From Chitinimonas sp. (GTDB lineage: Bacteria > Pseudomonadota > Gammaproteobacteria > Burkholderiales > Chitinimonadaceae), in contig NZ_JAYRLZ010000001.1 in assembly GCF_041904975.1 (NCBI RefSeq), positions 1-55,045 on the forward strand: a stretch of DNA of 55,045 nucleotides. The letters are read 5' to 3'. Numbering within the stretch: position 1 is the stretch's first letter; the number at the start of each line of letters is the position of its first letter. The translations under genes and the position numbers were made by a program. Shown here piece after piece: positions 36,026-44,866 of this stretch. Under the pieces are notes generated by a model. The model was not told the DNA's origin and did not search any database. It was given only the letters and a program-made list of their open reading frames with translations.

Positions 36026-37642
36026 TCAGTCCGCCCACCGGGTACCATCGTCCAGCAGCTTGCCGGGATTCATGATGCCCTTGGGGTCGAAGTGGCGGCG
36101 CAATTCATGCAGGGTTGCCATGCCGAGCGGGCCTTTTTCGGCGGCCAGATAGGGCGCATGGTCGCGGCCGACGCCGTGCTGGTGGCTGATGGTGCCGCCA
36201 TGCTCGACAATGGCTTCGGAAACCCGCGCCTTGTAGCGTTTCCAGCGCGCCAGATTCGGCGCAAAGCCGCCCGGTGCGATGCGGTAGACAAAGGTCGAGT
36301 AGATGCTGCTGCCCTGTGGATACAGATGCGAGAGATGGGTAAAGCAATGCACCTTCTCACCGTCTTCGGCAAAGGCATCGCGTGCTGCCTGCTCCATCGC
36401 ATTCATCAGGTTCTTGACCCGAGGCCAGTCCACTGCGGTTTCGATGGTGTCGGCACCATAGCCGTGTTCCCACAGGGTATTGCGCAGATAGGGGCCTTTG
36501 AAGCGGTTTTGCTGCCATTTGCTACCCATCAGGGTGCCGATATAGACCGCGTCAAAGCGTGCCAGATGCTGGCGGGCGCTGCGCAAGGCTTGTGCGGCGC
36601 TGCGCGGGTCGCCGGTAACGCCCAGCATCAGCAGGCACTTGCCGTCGCCACAGCCGCGCCAGCCGAGATAGCGCTCCAGCCAGGCAATCTGGCTGGCATG
36701 GCCGGCCAGCGCCAGATTGGTTTCGGTTTCCACCGCATTTGATAGACGCAGCATCGACAGCGGCAGTTTGCGCTGTACCAGGCTGCGCACCGCCGCCTCG
36801 GCCTGATCCCAGCTCGGAAAGAACAGGGCGTGAAAACTCTCGTGTTCCGGCGCTGGCGTCACCCGCATCACTGCTTCAGTCAACACGCCGAAGCGGCCTT
36901 CCGAGCCCATGATGATTTCGCGCAGATCAGGCCCGGCGCTGGAAGCCGGAACGGTGCCGATAGTCAGGCTGCCGATCGGCGCTTCAAAGCGGCCGCCGGC
37001 AAACAGCTGCTCGATACGGCCATAGCGCAGCGATTGCTGACCGGACGAGCGGGTAACCACCCAGCCGCCTACGGTCGAATACTCGAACGATTGCGGAAAA
37101 TGCCCCAGGGTATAGCCGTGGGCGCGCAATTGCGCCTCCAGCACCGGGCCGGCGGCACCGGACTGGAAGGTGGCCAGCTGGCTGGTCTTGTCCAGATGCA
37201 AGAGTCGGCTCATCCGGCCTAGATTGATCGACAGCACCGGCCGCTCGCCCAAGGGCGTGTCGAGATGGCCGGCCACGCTGGTGCCGCCGGCGAACGGAAT
37301 CACCACCCAATCATGGGTTTGCGCCAGGTCGAGCAGCTCGCGCACCTGCTCGCTGCTCTCGGGAAACGCCACCCCGTCGGGCGCAGCCGGGATTTCGCCG
37401 TAGCGTTTGCGCAACCAGTCGGCATAGCTCTCGCCCAGGGCAACGGCGAAACGCGCGCGGGCCTCGCGTACAATCAACGGGTGGTCCGGCAGGCGCGATG
37501 GCGCGATCTTTGCCAAGGCCTGCTCCAGCGAGGCGTCCTGCTGCGGCAGGCCTTCGCCGAGGCGTTCGCGCAGCATCGAACTTGCCTTGTCATTCAGTGC
37601 CATGGTGGTGGCATCGTCGCCCCAGCCGTTCCAACGTCGCAT
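36026..37642 (-). CDS. FAD-binding oxidoreductase, alkyl-DHAP synthase family
   Basis: MRRWNGWG start; GHFPQSFEYSTVGGW, GSEGRFG, ISHQHGVG and DPKGIMNPGKL. Confidence 0.9.
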   Translation of the reverse strand: MRRWNGWGDDATTMALNDKASSMLRERLGEGLPQQDASLEQALAKIAPSRLPDHPLIVREARARFAVALGESYADWLRKRYGEIPAAPDGVAFPESSEQVRELLDLAQTHDWVVIPFAGGTSVAGHLDTPLGERPVLSINLGRMSRLLHLDKTSQLATFQSGAAGPVLEAQLRAHGYTLGHFPQSFEYSTVGGWVVTRSSGQQSLRYGRIEQLFAGGRFEAPIGSLTIGTVPASSAGPDLREIIMGSEGRFGVLTEAVMRVTPAPEHESFHALFFPSWDQAEAAVRSLVQRKLPLSMLRLSNAVETETNLALAGHASQIAWLERYLGWRGCGDGKCLLMLGVTGDPRSAAQALRSARQHLARFDAVYIGTLMGSKWQQNRFKGPYLRNTLWEHGYGADTIETAVDWPRVKNLMNAMEQAARDAFAEDGEKVHCFTHLSHLYPQGSSIYSTFVYRIAPGGFAPNLARWKRYKARVSEAIVEHGGTISHQHGVGRDHAPYLAAEKGPLGMATLHELRRHFDPKGIMNPGKLLDDGTRWAD

Positions 37643-37708
37643 TGCCTTCTCCGCCCAGAAAAATGGATGGTTAAATCTAGCCTGTTTGCCTTGCCCTGCC
37701 ATTCCCCT

Positions 37709-38749
37709 ATGCCGCCAATTCGTTGTGAAATCGCGCCAAACGCTCGCGTCGTCGCGCCCTATGCCCAATCATTGTGGGATGTCGCCATGGCCGAAGGGGC
37801 AGCGCTGACCAGCCTGCAAGCGGCCATCGGCCGTGGTCAGATCGGCGAGAGCGATATCACGGTGGCTCAGTATCTGGCCATGCTGGCGGTCGGGGTGGCG
37901 GGCAGTGATGCCGGTTTTGGCTGGCGCCTGGGTTTGCAGCACAAGCCCACCAGCTATGGGGTGAATGGCATCCTGCTGCTGTCCTGCCCCAGTCTTGGCG
38001 CTGCGCTGGAGCAGGTATTGCGCTTTGAAGCCCTGGTGCACGATCTGGGGCGCTCCAGCCTGAGCCGCGATGGCGAGCATGCCATCTACACCTGGCGCAA
38101 CGACTGCGCGACCAGCCCGGTGGCCGGTGCGCTGGCCGAATCGGTATTCGCCGGCATCCTCGCTTGCGCGCAGTGGCTGGCCGGCCGGCCCATGGCGGGC
38201 TTTGCGCTGGAGTTCTGCCATGACCATGGCGAGGCGGCGCGAGCACGTATTGCCGCACAGAGCGGCGCAGCAGTGCGCTATGGCGCCCGTGCCAACCGGG
38301 TGCTGTTCCCCTTGGCCCTGCTTGACTATGCGGTGCCGCAGGCGAATAACGGCTTGCTGCCGCTATTGCAGCAACATGCCGAGCAGCTGTTGCAGCAAAG
38401 GCAGAGTGCGCAGGAGCCTGCCATTGTGCGCGAGGTGCGCCAGGCCATCCTGGCCCGGCTCGGTGGCGAGGCGGTGCGGGTGCAGACGGTGGCGGCGGCG
38501 CTGTGCCTGTCGGCCCGCACCCTGCAGCGGCGGCTGGCGGAGGCGGGCCAGAGTTTCCAGGCAGTGCTCGACACCACCCGCCATGATCTGGCACGCCACT
38601 ACCTGAGCCAGTCCACCATGCCGCTGGCGGAAATTGCCTACCTGCTCGGCTATGGCGATCCGGCCGCCTTCCACCATGCGTTCAAGAGCTGGCAAGGCCA
38701 GGGACCGGGACAGTATCGCGACCAGATCGGCCGGCAAGCCACACTTTAA
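37709..38749 (+). CDS. AraC-family regulator divergent from the FAD oxidase/GlpD/kinase operon
   Basis: SARTLQRRL...IAYLLGY.DPAAFHHAFKSW.G..P HTH pattern. Start is approximate. Confidence 0.87.
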   Translation: MPPIRCEIAPNARVVAPYAQSLWDVAMAEGAALTSLQAAIGRGQIGESDITVAQYLAMLAVGVAGSDAGFGWRLGLQHKPTSYGVNGILLLSCPSLGAALEQVLRFEALVHDLGRSSLSRDGEHAIYTWRNDCATSPVAGALAESVFAGILACAQWLAGRPMAGFALEFCHDHGEAARARIAAQSGAAVRYGARANRVLFPLALLDYAVPQANNGLLPLLQQHAEQLLQQRQSAQEPAIVREVRQAILARLGGEAVRVQTVAAALCLSARTLQRRLAEAGQSFQAVLDTTRHDLARHYLSQSTMPLAEIAYLLGYGDPAAFHHAFKSWQGQGPGQYRDQIGRQATL

Positions 38750-38800
38750 TTGCCGCCAAGCGGCCTCATCTGACGGGCTTAGCCACAGGATGAATCAAGC

Positions 38801-38998
38801 ATGAAAGCAAAGCGCAAGCCCGCCAAGCCAATCCGGCCCGATACCGGCGACTACCATATCACCCAACCGGTCGACGACCGGGCGGCCAAGGCGCGGCAAC
38901 AGCTGGCGCAAGGCCTAGCGGTGGGTGGGCAGACCATCAGCCATGAAAACGGGGTGTTGACCCTCCATAAACACCGAAAGGGGGGCGGTTTTGCGTAG
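38801..38998 (+). CDS. Small basic hypothetical protein (65 aa)
   Basis: ORF fills an intergenic gap, has AGGA upstream and a hairpin downstream. No family recognised. Confidence 0.5.
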   Translation: MKAKRKPAKPIRPDTGDYHITQPVDDRAAKARQQLAQGLAVGGQTISHENGVLTLHKHRKGGGFA

Positions 38999-39007
38999 CG
39001 GGAGCCA

Positions 39008-39030
39008 GCAAGCCGTGTCGATCGGCTTGC
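39008..39030. terminator. Hairpin between convergent genes
   Basis: GCAAGCCG-TGTCGAT-CGGCTTGC. Confidence 0.45.
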
Positions 39031-39058
39031 GACGGCTGGGCTCAGTTAGCTTGGCGGC

Positions 39059-39397
39059 TTAGCGCAGCCTGCTGAAGAACTGCATCAGCACCGACTCCGG
39101 GTCGATCATGTCGAGGAAAGCCAGAGCATGGGCATCTTCCAGCCATTTGCTGCAGATTTCTTCGGCGCGCGCCTGGGAATCGGCAAGGGCCAGGTCGATA
39201 TAGACCCCGTCGGCACCTTTCAAGATGGCATGTGCCAGCAGTCCGGGCTGGTTGTTGAGAAATGCTTCTTCCATTTGCCTGGCAGCAGCCAGCATCTGTG
39301 CTTCGCTGACCTGCGGCTTGAGTCGGAACGTGCCTAGCTCCATGCCGCCGAAGGCAAGCAGTGGCGAGGATGGGGCGCACGGGAGGTGATTAGTCAT
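39059..39397 (-). CDS. Hypothetical protein, possibly a dimeric alpha+beta barrel (ABM-like)
   Basis: Start reassigned to MTNHL (GGAG RBS); pattern E..FRLK......M...FL..QPG. Follows deoR on the same strand. Confidence 0.6.
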   Translation of the reverse strand: MTNHLPCAPSSPLLAFGGMELGTFRLKPQVSEAQMLAAARQMEEAFLNNQPGLLAHAILKGADGVYIDLALADSQARAEEICSKWLEDAHALAFLDMIDPESVLMQFFSRLR

Positions 39398-39470
39398 GGA
39401 TAGCTCCGTAGTAGGGGCCTCCATGCTGGGCCAGCACTGCTGACAGCGTCCTGTCAGCAGGTGAACGGAA

Positions 39471-40220
39471 CTAGGCATGCACGATGTCGACACCTGCCGA
39501 TTTGAGCGCGCCGAGGTCGCTGCCGTCGCCATCGACGATGATGCTGCTGGCCATGCCGATATCGCCGATCTTGTAACGCGAGGCGACGTGCAGCTTTTCG
39601 GCCGAGGCAAGTACGACCGTTTCGGCTGCCTGCGCCGCCAGGGCGCGCTTGATATAGGCCTCTTCCAGATCGCCGGTGCTGAGCCCGGCACTGGCGTGCA
39701 CGCCGGTCACTCCCATAAAGAAGGTATCGGCACGGATATGGCTGATGGCATCCGTCGCCGCAGCGCCGACCGTAACCATCGAGTGCTTGAACAGGCGTCC
39801 GCCGATCAGGATCACTTCCACTTCAAGATGGTGCTGCAGTGCGACGGCGATATGCGGGCTGTGCGTGACAACGGTGGCTGCCAGGGTGTTCGGCAGATAG
39901 TGCGCCATCAGCATGGCAGTCGTGCCGCCGTCGATCATGACCACCTGACCATCGCTGACCATGGCTGCTGCTGCGGCAGCTACCGCGTGCTTGCCGGCGA
40001 TGGCAATGTCCTGGCGCTTTGCCAGGCTGGCATCGGCCAGGGAGACGGGCAGGGCGCCGCCGTGCACTCTTTGCAGCAATCCTTCGGCCGCCAGTTCGCG
40101 CAAATCGCGCCGTATGGTGTCTTCCGACACGCCAAAGCGTGCACTGAGCGCCTTGGCGACGACTTGGCCGTCTTGTTGCAGGCTGGCGAGGATCTGCGCT
40201 TTTCTCTGTTCGGTCAGCAT
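39471..40220 (-). CDS. DeoR/GlpR-family transcriptional regulator
   Basis: FGVSEDTIRRDLRELA...RVHGGA and IDGGTT motifs. Confidence 0.93.
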   Translation of the reverse strand: MLTEQRKAQILASLQQDGQVVAKALSARFGVSEDTIRRDLRELAAEGLLQRVHGGALPVSLADASLAKRQDIAIAGKHAVAAAAAAMVSDGQVVMIDGGTTAMLMAHYLPNTLAATVVTHSPHIAVALQHHLEVEVILIGGRLFKHSMVTVGAAATDAISHIRADTFFMGVTGVHASAGLSTGDLEEAYIKRALAAQAAETVVLASAEKLHVASRYKIGDIGMASSIIVDGDGSDLGALKSAGVDIVHA

Positions 40221-40268
40221 GGATTCACGAAATTGCTTGATATTGCACGAGACTGCACGATAGCATGA
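40221..40268. promoter_or_regulatory. Array of 10-bp-period direct repeats (TGCACGA consensus), candidate DeoR operator
   Basis: ggaTTCACGA aatTGCTTGA tatTGCACGA gacTGCACGA tAGCATGA. Confidence 0.6.
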
Positions 40269-40315
40269 ATTGGCTTGCCATTCATTGCCAATATTGTCAG
40301 CTTTCAGGGGAAAAC

Positions 40316-40930
40316 ATGCGAAAAGCCGCAGAAGTACAGATTGCCAAGATGGAAGTGCTGTCGGACAACTGGTATCTATTGCGCAAGGCCACCATCGATA
40401 TCCAGCGCAGCGATGGCAGCTGGCAGCGCGTATGCCGCGAGGTGTACGACCGAGGCAATGGCGCCACCATCTTGCTGTACAACCTGGCGCGCCGCACTGT
40501 GGTGCTGATCCGCCAGTTCCGGCTGCCGGCCTATCTCAATGAGCACGACGGCATGCTGATCGAGACCCCGGCCGGCTTGCTGGACAACGCTACCCCGGAG
40601 GCACGTATCCGTGCTGAAGTCGAGGAAGAAACCGGCTATCACCTCGGCACCGTGCATAAGGTGTTCGAGGCCTTCATGAGCCCTGGCTCGGTCACCGAAA
40701 AGCTGCACTTCTTTATGGCCGAATACACGGAAAGCGAGCGGCGAGGGGCTGGTGGCGGGCTGGTCGAGGAAGGCGAGGATATCGAAACGCTGGAATTGGC
40801 CATTGAGGAGGCGTTGGCCATGATAGCCCGTGGCGAAATCATGGATGGCAAGACCATCATGCTGCTGCAATATGCCGCCTTGCACTTGTTTCCCGACTGC
40901 TTGCGATCGCAGCGGCAACCGGCGGCTTAG
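40316..40930 (+). CDS. nudK: NUDIX hydrolase, GDP-mannose pyrophosphatase NudK-like
   Basis: LSDNWY.L, REVYDRGNGATILLYN, AGLLD...EVEEETG, FMSPGSVTE and DGKTIMLLQY. Confidence 0.85.
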   Translation: MRKAAEVQIAKMEVLSDNWYLLRKATIDIQRSDGSWQRVCREVYDRGNGATILLYNLARRTVVLIRQFRLPAYLNEHDGMLIETPAGLLDNATPEARIRAEVEEETGYHLGTVHKVFEAFMSPGSVTEKLHFFMAEYTESERRGAGGGLVEEGEDIETLELAIEEALAMIARGEIMDGKTIMLLQYAALHLFPDCLRSQRQPAA

Positions 40931-41865
40931 CCAGATAGCTGGCGCATGCGCGCGATGCGTGCGGCGTCCTGCCTTTGCAGCCACGGGTCCTGGCTCAGTA
41001 CCCGATAGGCCTTGGCGAAATAGAGCGCCGCTTCCTCGTCGCGCCCCTGCGCCAGCAGGCATTCGGCAATTTCCTCATACACATAGCCGTCCTCTTCCCT
41101 GAGCCGCTTCCAGTCCTGCTCCAGGGTCAGCTGGATATCGAGGGCGGCGTCCACTTGCTTGCTCAGGCGCAATACCCGCCCGACGCCCCAGCGCGCCACC
41201 AGCACCGATTTCTGATCGCCGCGTTTCTCCTGCCAGGCTTGCGCCTTGCGCAGGTAGTCCAGCGCCCGCGTGGTGTCCTTCAGCTCGACATAGAGCCAGC
41301 CAATATTGTTGTAAAACATCGGTTGCCAGGCGATGGCCTGTGCCGAATTGCCGCGTTCGGCCAGGGCCAGCGCTTTCAGATACCAGTCCAGCGCGATCTT
41401 GCCGCTGCTGCTCAGGGCCAGCATGCGCATGGCGTCGATACTGGCCATGTCGAGCTGGTGCTTTTGTGCCAGCAGCAAGGCGCTGTGATACCAGCGCCAT
41501 GCCCGCTTGCCATCGCCTTGCTGTTGCGCCAGACGGCCGCGCTCCAGCGAATAGCTGACGCTGGATGCCGGGGGAAGGATGGCAAGGCGCGCCTGGACTT
41601 GATCCAGTGTCCGGCTGGCCAGATCGAACTGGCCCTGCATGCCCTGTGCCCGTGCCAGCTGGCTCAGCAGCTCGGCTTCGGCAATGCCATCGATATCGGG
41701 GCGGCGCAGTGCATCGCGAAAACGTTGCTCCGATAGCTCAGGCCGCTCGAAATCCCACAAGGCCTGCACATCCAGTGCATTTGCATTGAGGGTCAGCGCG
41801 CCTAGCAGCAGGCTGGCCAGGGCAGGCCAGATGCGGCGCAGTTGGGTAGGGCAAAAAGACGACAT
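40927..41865 (-). CDS. TPR-repeat protein with possible signal peptide
   Basis: LWDF..PE.SEQRF, QLARAQG.QG.F, YNNIGW.Y and DGYVYEEIAE helical repeats. Start is uncertain. Confidence 0.75.
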   Translation of the reverse strand: MSSFCPTQLRRIWPALASLLLGALTLNANALDVQALWDFERPELSEQRFRDALRRPDIDGIAEAELLSQLARAQGMQGQFDLASRTLDQVQARLAILPPASSVSYSLERGRLAQQQGDGKRAWRWYHSALLLAQKHQLDMASIDAMRMLALSSSGKIALDWYLKALALAERGNSAQAIAWQPMFYNNIGWLYVELKDTTRALDYLRKAQAWQEKRGDQKSVLVARWGVGRVLRLSKQVDAALDIQLTLEQDWKRLREEDGYVYEEIAECLLAQGRDEEAALYFAKAYRVLSQDPWLQRQDAARIARMRQLSG

Positions 41866-41939
41866 CAGTGGTGACACAGGTTCACTTGGGATATTCAGGT
41901 AGTAGCCGGTAGCTGGCGTCAGGCCATTGCAAACGTGCG

Positions 41940-42701
41940 CTACGCCCGGATAAAGCCGGTTTCCACCAGTTCATCGAGCAGATAGCTGAAATCCTCGGCG
42001 CCTTCGGAGTCGGGCGCAAAGGTGAATACATCCTGGTTGCTGCCTATGCCTTCCAGCACGCTCTGGCTCTCGCATACCCGGGTACGGCAGAAATCGCGAC
42101 CATAGCGGCGCTTGAGCTCTTGCGCCACTTTTTCGGAAGTCGGGTGGCCGCGTTGATAGCGGTTGATGAATACTTTTTTCGGACGATGCAGGCCGCGGCT
42201 GGTCAGGCCCTTCAGGGTCTGGTCGAGTTGCTGGGCGCCGTTCATGGCCAGGTATTCGGCGGTGACCGGCACCAGCACACAGGTAGCGGCCATCAGGGCC
42301 GACAAGGACAACACCCCCAGCATCGGGCAGCAGTCGATCAGCACGGTGGCGCCCTCGGCCAGCATCTCGTCGCTCATCGCTTTTTTCAGGCGGCGCAGGT
42401 CGTGGCGGTTTTGCGTCAGCATCATGTCCACCCGCGACAATTCCATATGCGAGGGAATCAGGTTGACGCCATTGTCGAGCCGGTGCACCAGTTCGGACAG
42501 GGCAGTGCCGGACTGGAAAAAACTGTAGACGGTGCGATCTGCGCGTGGATTCAGGCCGGACAGCGCCGTCAGATGTGCCTGCGGGTCCAGATCGATCACC
42601 AGGGGTTCCAGGCCGTTCTTGGCCATGGCAGCGGCCAGATTGGCGGTGGTGGTGGTCTTGCCCACGCCACCTTTCTGATTGAAAACGGCAACGACGGTCA
42701 T
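41940..42701 (-). CDS. Orphan ParA/Soj-family ATPase
   Basis: NQKGGVGKTT deviant Walker A, IDLDPQ and LIDCCP; no adjacent parB. Confidence 0.88.
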   Translation of the reverse strand: MTVVAVFNQKGGVGKTTTTANLAAAMAKNGLEPLVIDLDPQAHLTALSGLNPRADRTVYSFFQSGTALSELVHRLDNGVNLIPSHMELSRVDMMLTQNRHDLRRLKKAMSDEMLAEGATVLIDCCPMLGVLSLSALMAATCVLVPVTAEYLAMNGAQQLDQTLKGLTSRGLHRPKKVFINRYQRGHPTSEKVAQELKRRYGRDFCRTRVCESQSVLEGIGSNQDVFTFAPDSEGAEDFSYLLDELVETGFIRA

Positions 42702-42742
42702 GTGCGGCTTTCGGGTGAATAGACTGGCAGTGTAGCCGGGCA

Positions 42743-42825
42743 GATGCGCTTGCAAAACCACAAGCGCATCACTTGGCGCACGCCAAGTGCCGCTGCGCTG
42801 TCCGCCACCGGGATGGACAGCGCAG
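42743..42825. other. Three tandem perfect hairpins in the PhoH-parA spacer
   Basis: GATGCGCTTG/CAAGCGCATC, ACTTGGCG/CGCCAAGT and CTGCGCTGTCC/GGACAGCGCAG. Confidence 0.7.
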
Positions 42826-42835
42826 TGGGCAATCG

Positions 42836-44257
42836 CTACAACACTTCGGCGGCGTGATCGGCCAGACGCGAGCGCTCGCCACGTTGCAAGGTGATATGGC
42901 CGGAGTGTGCCCAGCCCTTGAAACGATCAACCACATAGGTGAGGCCCGAGCTGCCCTCGGTCAGGTAGGGCGTATCGATCTGCGCGATATTGCCCAGGCA
43001 TACCACCTTGGTACCGGGGCCGGCACGGGTGATCAGGGTCTTCATCTGCTTCGGGGTGAGGTTTTGCGCCTCGTCGATAATGAGGAATTTGTTCAGGAAG
43101 GTGCGGCCGCGCATGAAGTTCAGCGATTTGATCTTGATGCGCGAGCGGATCAGGTCGCGGGTGGCAGCGCGGCCCCACTCGCCCGATTCACCATCGGTCT
43201 GGTTCAGCACATCGAGGTTGTCCTCCAGCGCGCCCATCCATGGCGCCATCTTTTCCTCTTCGGTGCCGGGCAGAAAGCCGATGTCCTCGCCTACCGGCAC
43301 GGTGACACGGGTCATGATGATTTCGGTATAGCGCTTTTCCTCCAGGGTCAGCATCAGCGCCGATGCCAGGGTCAGCAAGGTCTTGCCGGTGCCGGCCTGG
43401 CCGAGCAGGGTAATGAAGTCGATGTCCGGGTTCATCAATAGATTGATGGCAAAGTTCTGCTCGCGATTGCGGGCGGTAATGCCCCAGATGGCGTTCTTGG
43501 GGTGGCTGTAATCCTTGATCGACTCCAGCACCGCCGTCTTGCCCTCGACCGATTTCACCATGGCGAGGAAAGGCTTGGCGCCTTCTTGCCAGATCATCTG
43601 GTTTTGCAGCAGTGCGCTGCAATCGGGGCCCTTGAGCTGGTAGAGGGCGCGCCCGCCTTCCTGCCAGCTCTTCATGTCCTTGCCGTTCTTGTCCCAGAAC
43701 GTCTGGTCGATTTCGCGCACGCCGGTGTAGAGCAGGTCGGTGTCTTCCAGCACCTGGTCGTTAAAGTAGTCCTCGGCCGACAGGCCCAGCGCACGCGCCT
43801 TGATGCGCATATTGATGTCTTTGGACACCAGCACCACATCGCGCTTGGGGTGCTGCTGGGCCAGCTGCATCACCACGGTAAGAATCTGGTTATCGGCCTT
43901 GCCGACCGGCAGATCGGCCGGCAATTCGATGCGGGTGGCCTGGGTCTGCAAGAACAGATTGCCGGTCGCCATGCCCTTGGAGGGCTCTTTCAGCGATACG
44001 CCCTTGATGATCTCGCCTTCCTTGCCACTGACGATATCGTCAAGGAAGCGGCTGGCCTGGCGGGCATTTCGCGCCACTTCGCTCATGCCTTTCTTGTGCC
44101 CGTCGAGTTCTTCCAATGTCACCATCGGCAGGCAGACGTCGTGCTCTTCAAAGCGGAACAGGCTGGTGGGGTCGTGCATCAGCACATTGGTATCCAGCAC
44201 AAACAGCTTGGTTGCGATTTTCTTGGTAGCGGGGGCTTTGCGGGCTGCGGCGGCCAT
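42836..44257 (-). CDS. PIN domain + PhoH ATPase fusion (PhoH2-type)
   Basis: FVLDTNVL..ELD..ADN.I..SKDINMR PIN motifs; GQAGTGKT, GFLPG, MRGRT and IIDEAQN PhoH motifs. Confidence 0.92.
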   Translation of the reverse strand: MAAAARKAPATKKIATKLFVLDTNVLMHDPTSLFRFEEHDVCLPMVTLEELDGHKKGMSEVARNARQASRFLDDIVSGKEGEIIKGVSLKEPSKGMATGNLFLQTQATRIELPADLPVGKADNQILTVVMQLAQQHPKRDVVLVSKDINMRIKARALGLSAEDYFNDQVLEDTDLLYTGVREIDQTFWDKNGKDMKSWQEGGRALYQLKGPDCSALLQNQMIWQEGAKPFLAMVKSVEGKTAVLESIKDYSHPKNAIWGITARNREQNFAINLLMNPDIDFITLLGQAGTGKTLLTLASALMLTLEEKRYTEIIMTRVTVPVGEDIGFLPGTEEEKMAPWMGALEDNLDVLNQTDGESGEWGRAATRDLIRSRIKIKSLNFMRGRTFLNKFLIIDEAQNLTPKQMKTLITRAGPGTKVVCLGNIAQIDTPYLTEGSSGLTYVVDRFKGWAHSGHITLQRGERSRLADHAAEVL

Positions 44258-44327
44258 GGGCTTCCTTCGGGCTGTTGAGGGCGGATTACACAGCAAAACG
44301 CCCGTCGTTCGGACAGGCGTTCAGGGC

Positions 44328-44777
44328 TTACATCGCTTGCACAAAGGCCAGCACCGCTTCGACATGGCCGGGAACCTTCACCCCGCGCCACTCCTGCACG
44401 ATCTGGCCCGTCTTGTCGATCACAAAGGTGGAGCGCTCGATACCGCGCACCTGCTTGCCATACATATTCTTCATCTTCATTACCCCGAATGCTTCGCACA
44501 GCACTTCTTCGGGGTCGGACACCAGCTCGAACGGCATCTCCAGCTTGGCCTTGAAGTTTTCATGTGATTTAAGGCTGTCGCGGCTGACACCGAATACCTT
44601 GACGCCGGCTGCTGCAAAGGCCGCATGGTGATCGCGGAAGTCACCACTTTCGGTGGTGCAGCCGGGTGTGCTGTCCTTGGGGTAGAAGTACAGCACATAC
44701 GGGGTGCCGATCAGTGCGGCGGTGTCGAAGGTCTGGTTGCCGGTCATCGGCAGGGAAAGCGTGGCTACTGCGCTCAT
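44328..44777 (-). CDS. bcp: Peroxiredoxin Bcp/PrxQ
   Basis: LYFYPKDSTPGCTTE, GVSRD and ERSTFVID; GGAG RBS before MSAVAT. Confidence 0.9.
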   Translation of the reverse strand: MSAVATLSLPMTGNQTFDTAALIGTPYVLYFYPKDSTPGCTTESGDFRDHHAAFAAAGVKVFGVSRDSLKSHENFKAKLEMPFELVSDPEEVLCEAFGVMKMKNMYGKQVRGIERSTFVIDKTGQIVQEWRGVKVPGHVEAVLAFVQAM

Positions 44778-44848
44778 GGTGTCTCCGGTTTGAGTCGATT
44801 CTGGTGAAATTCGCTGGGGGCCACAAGCGCCTACGCTGCATTTGTCCG

Positions 44849-44866
44849 GTGACAAATACGTGACAG
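44849..44866 (-). promoter_or_regulatory. Pho-box-like 11-bp-period direct repeat
   Basis: CTGTCAC-GTAT-TTGTCAC on the minus strand, 72 bp upstream of the bcp start. Confidence 0.55.
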
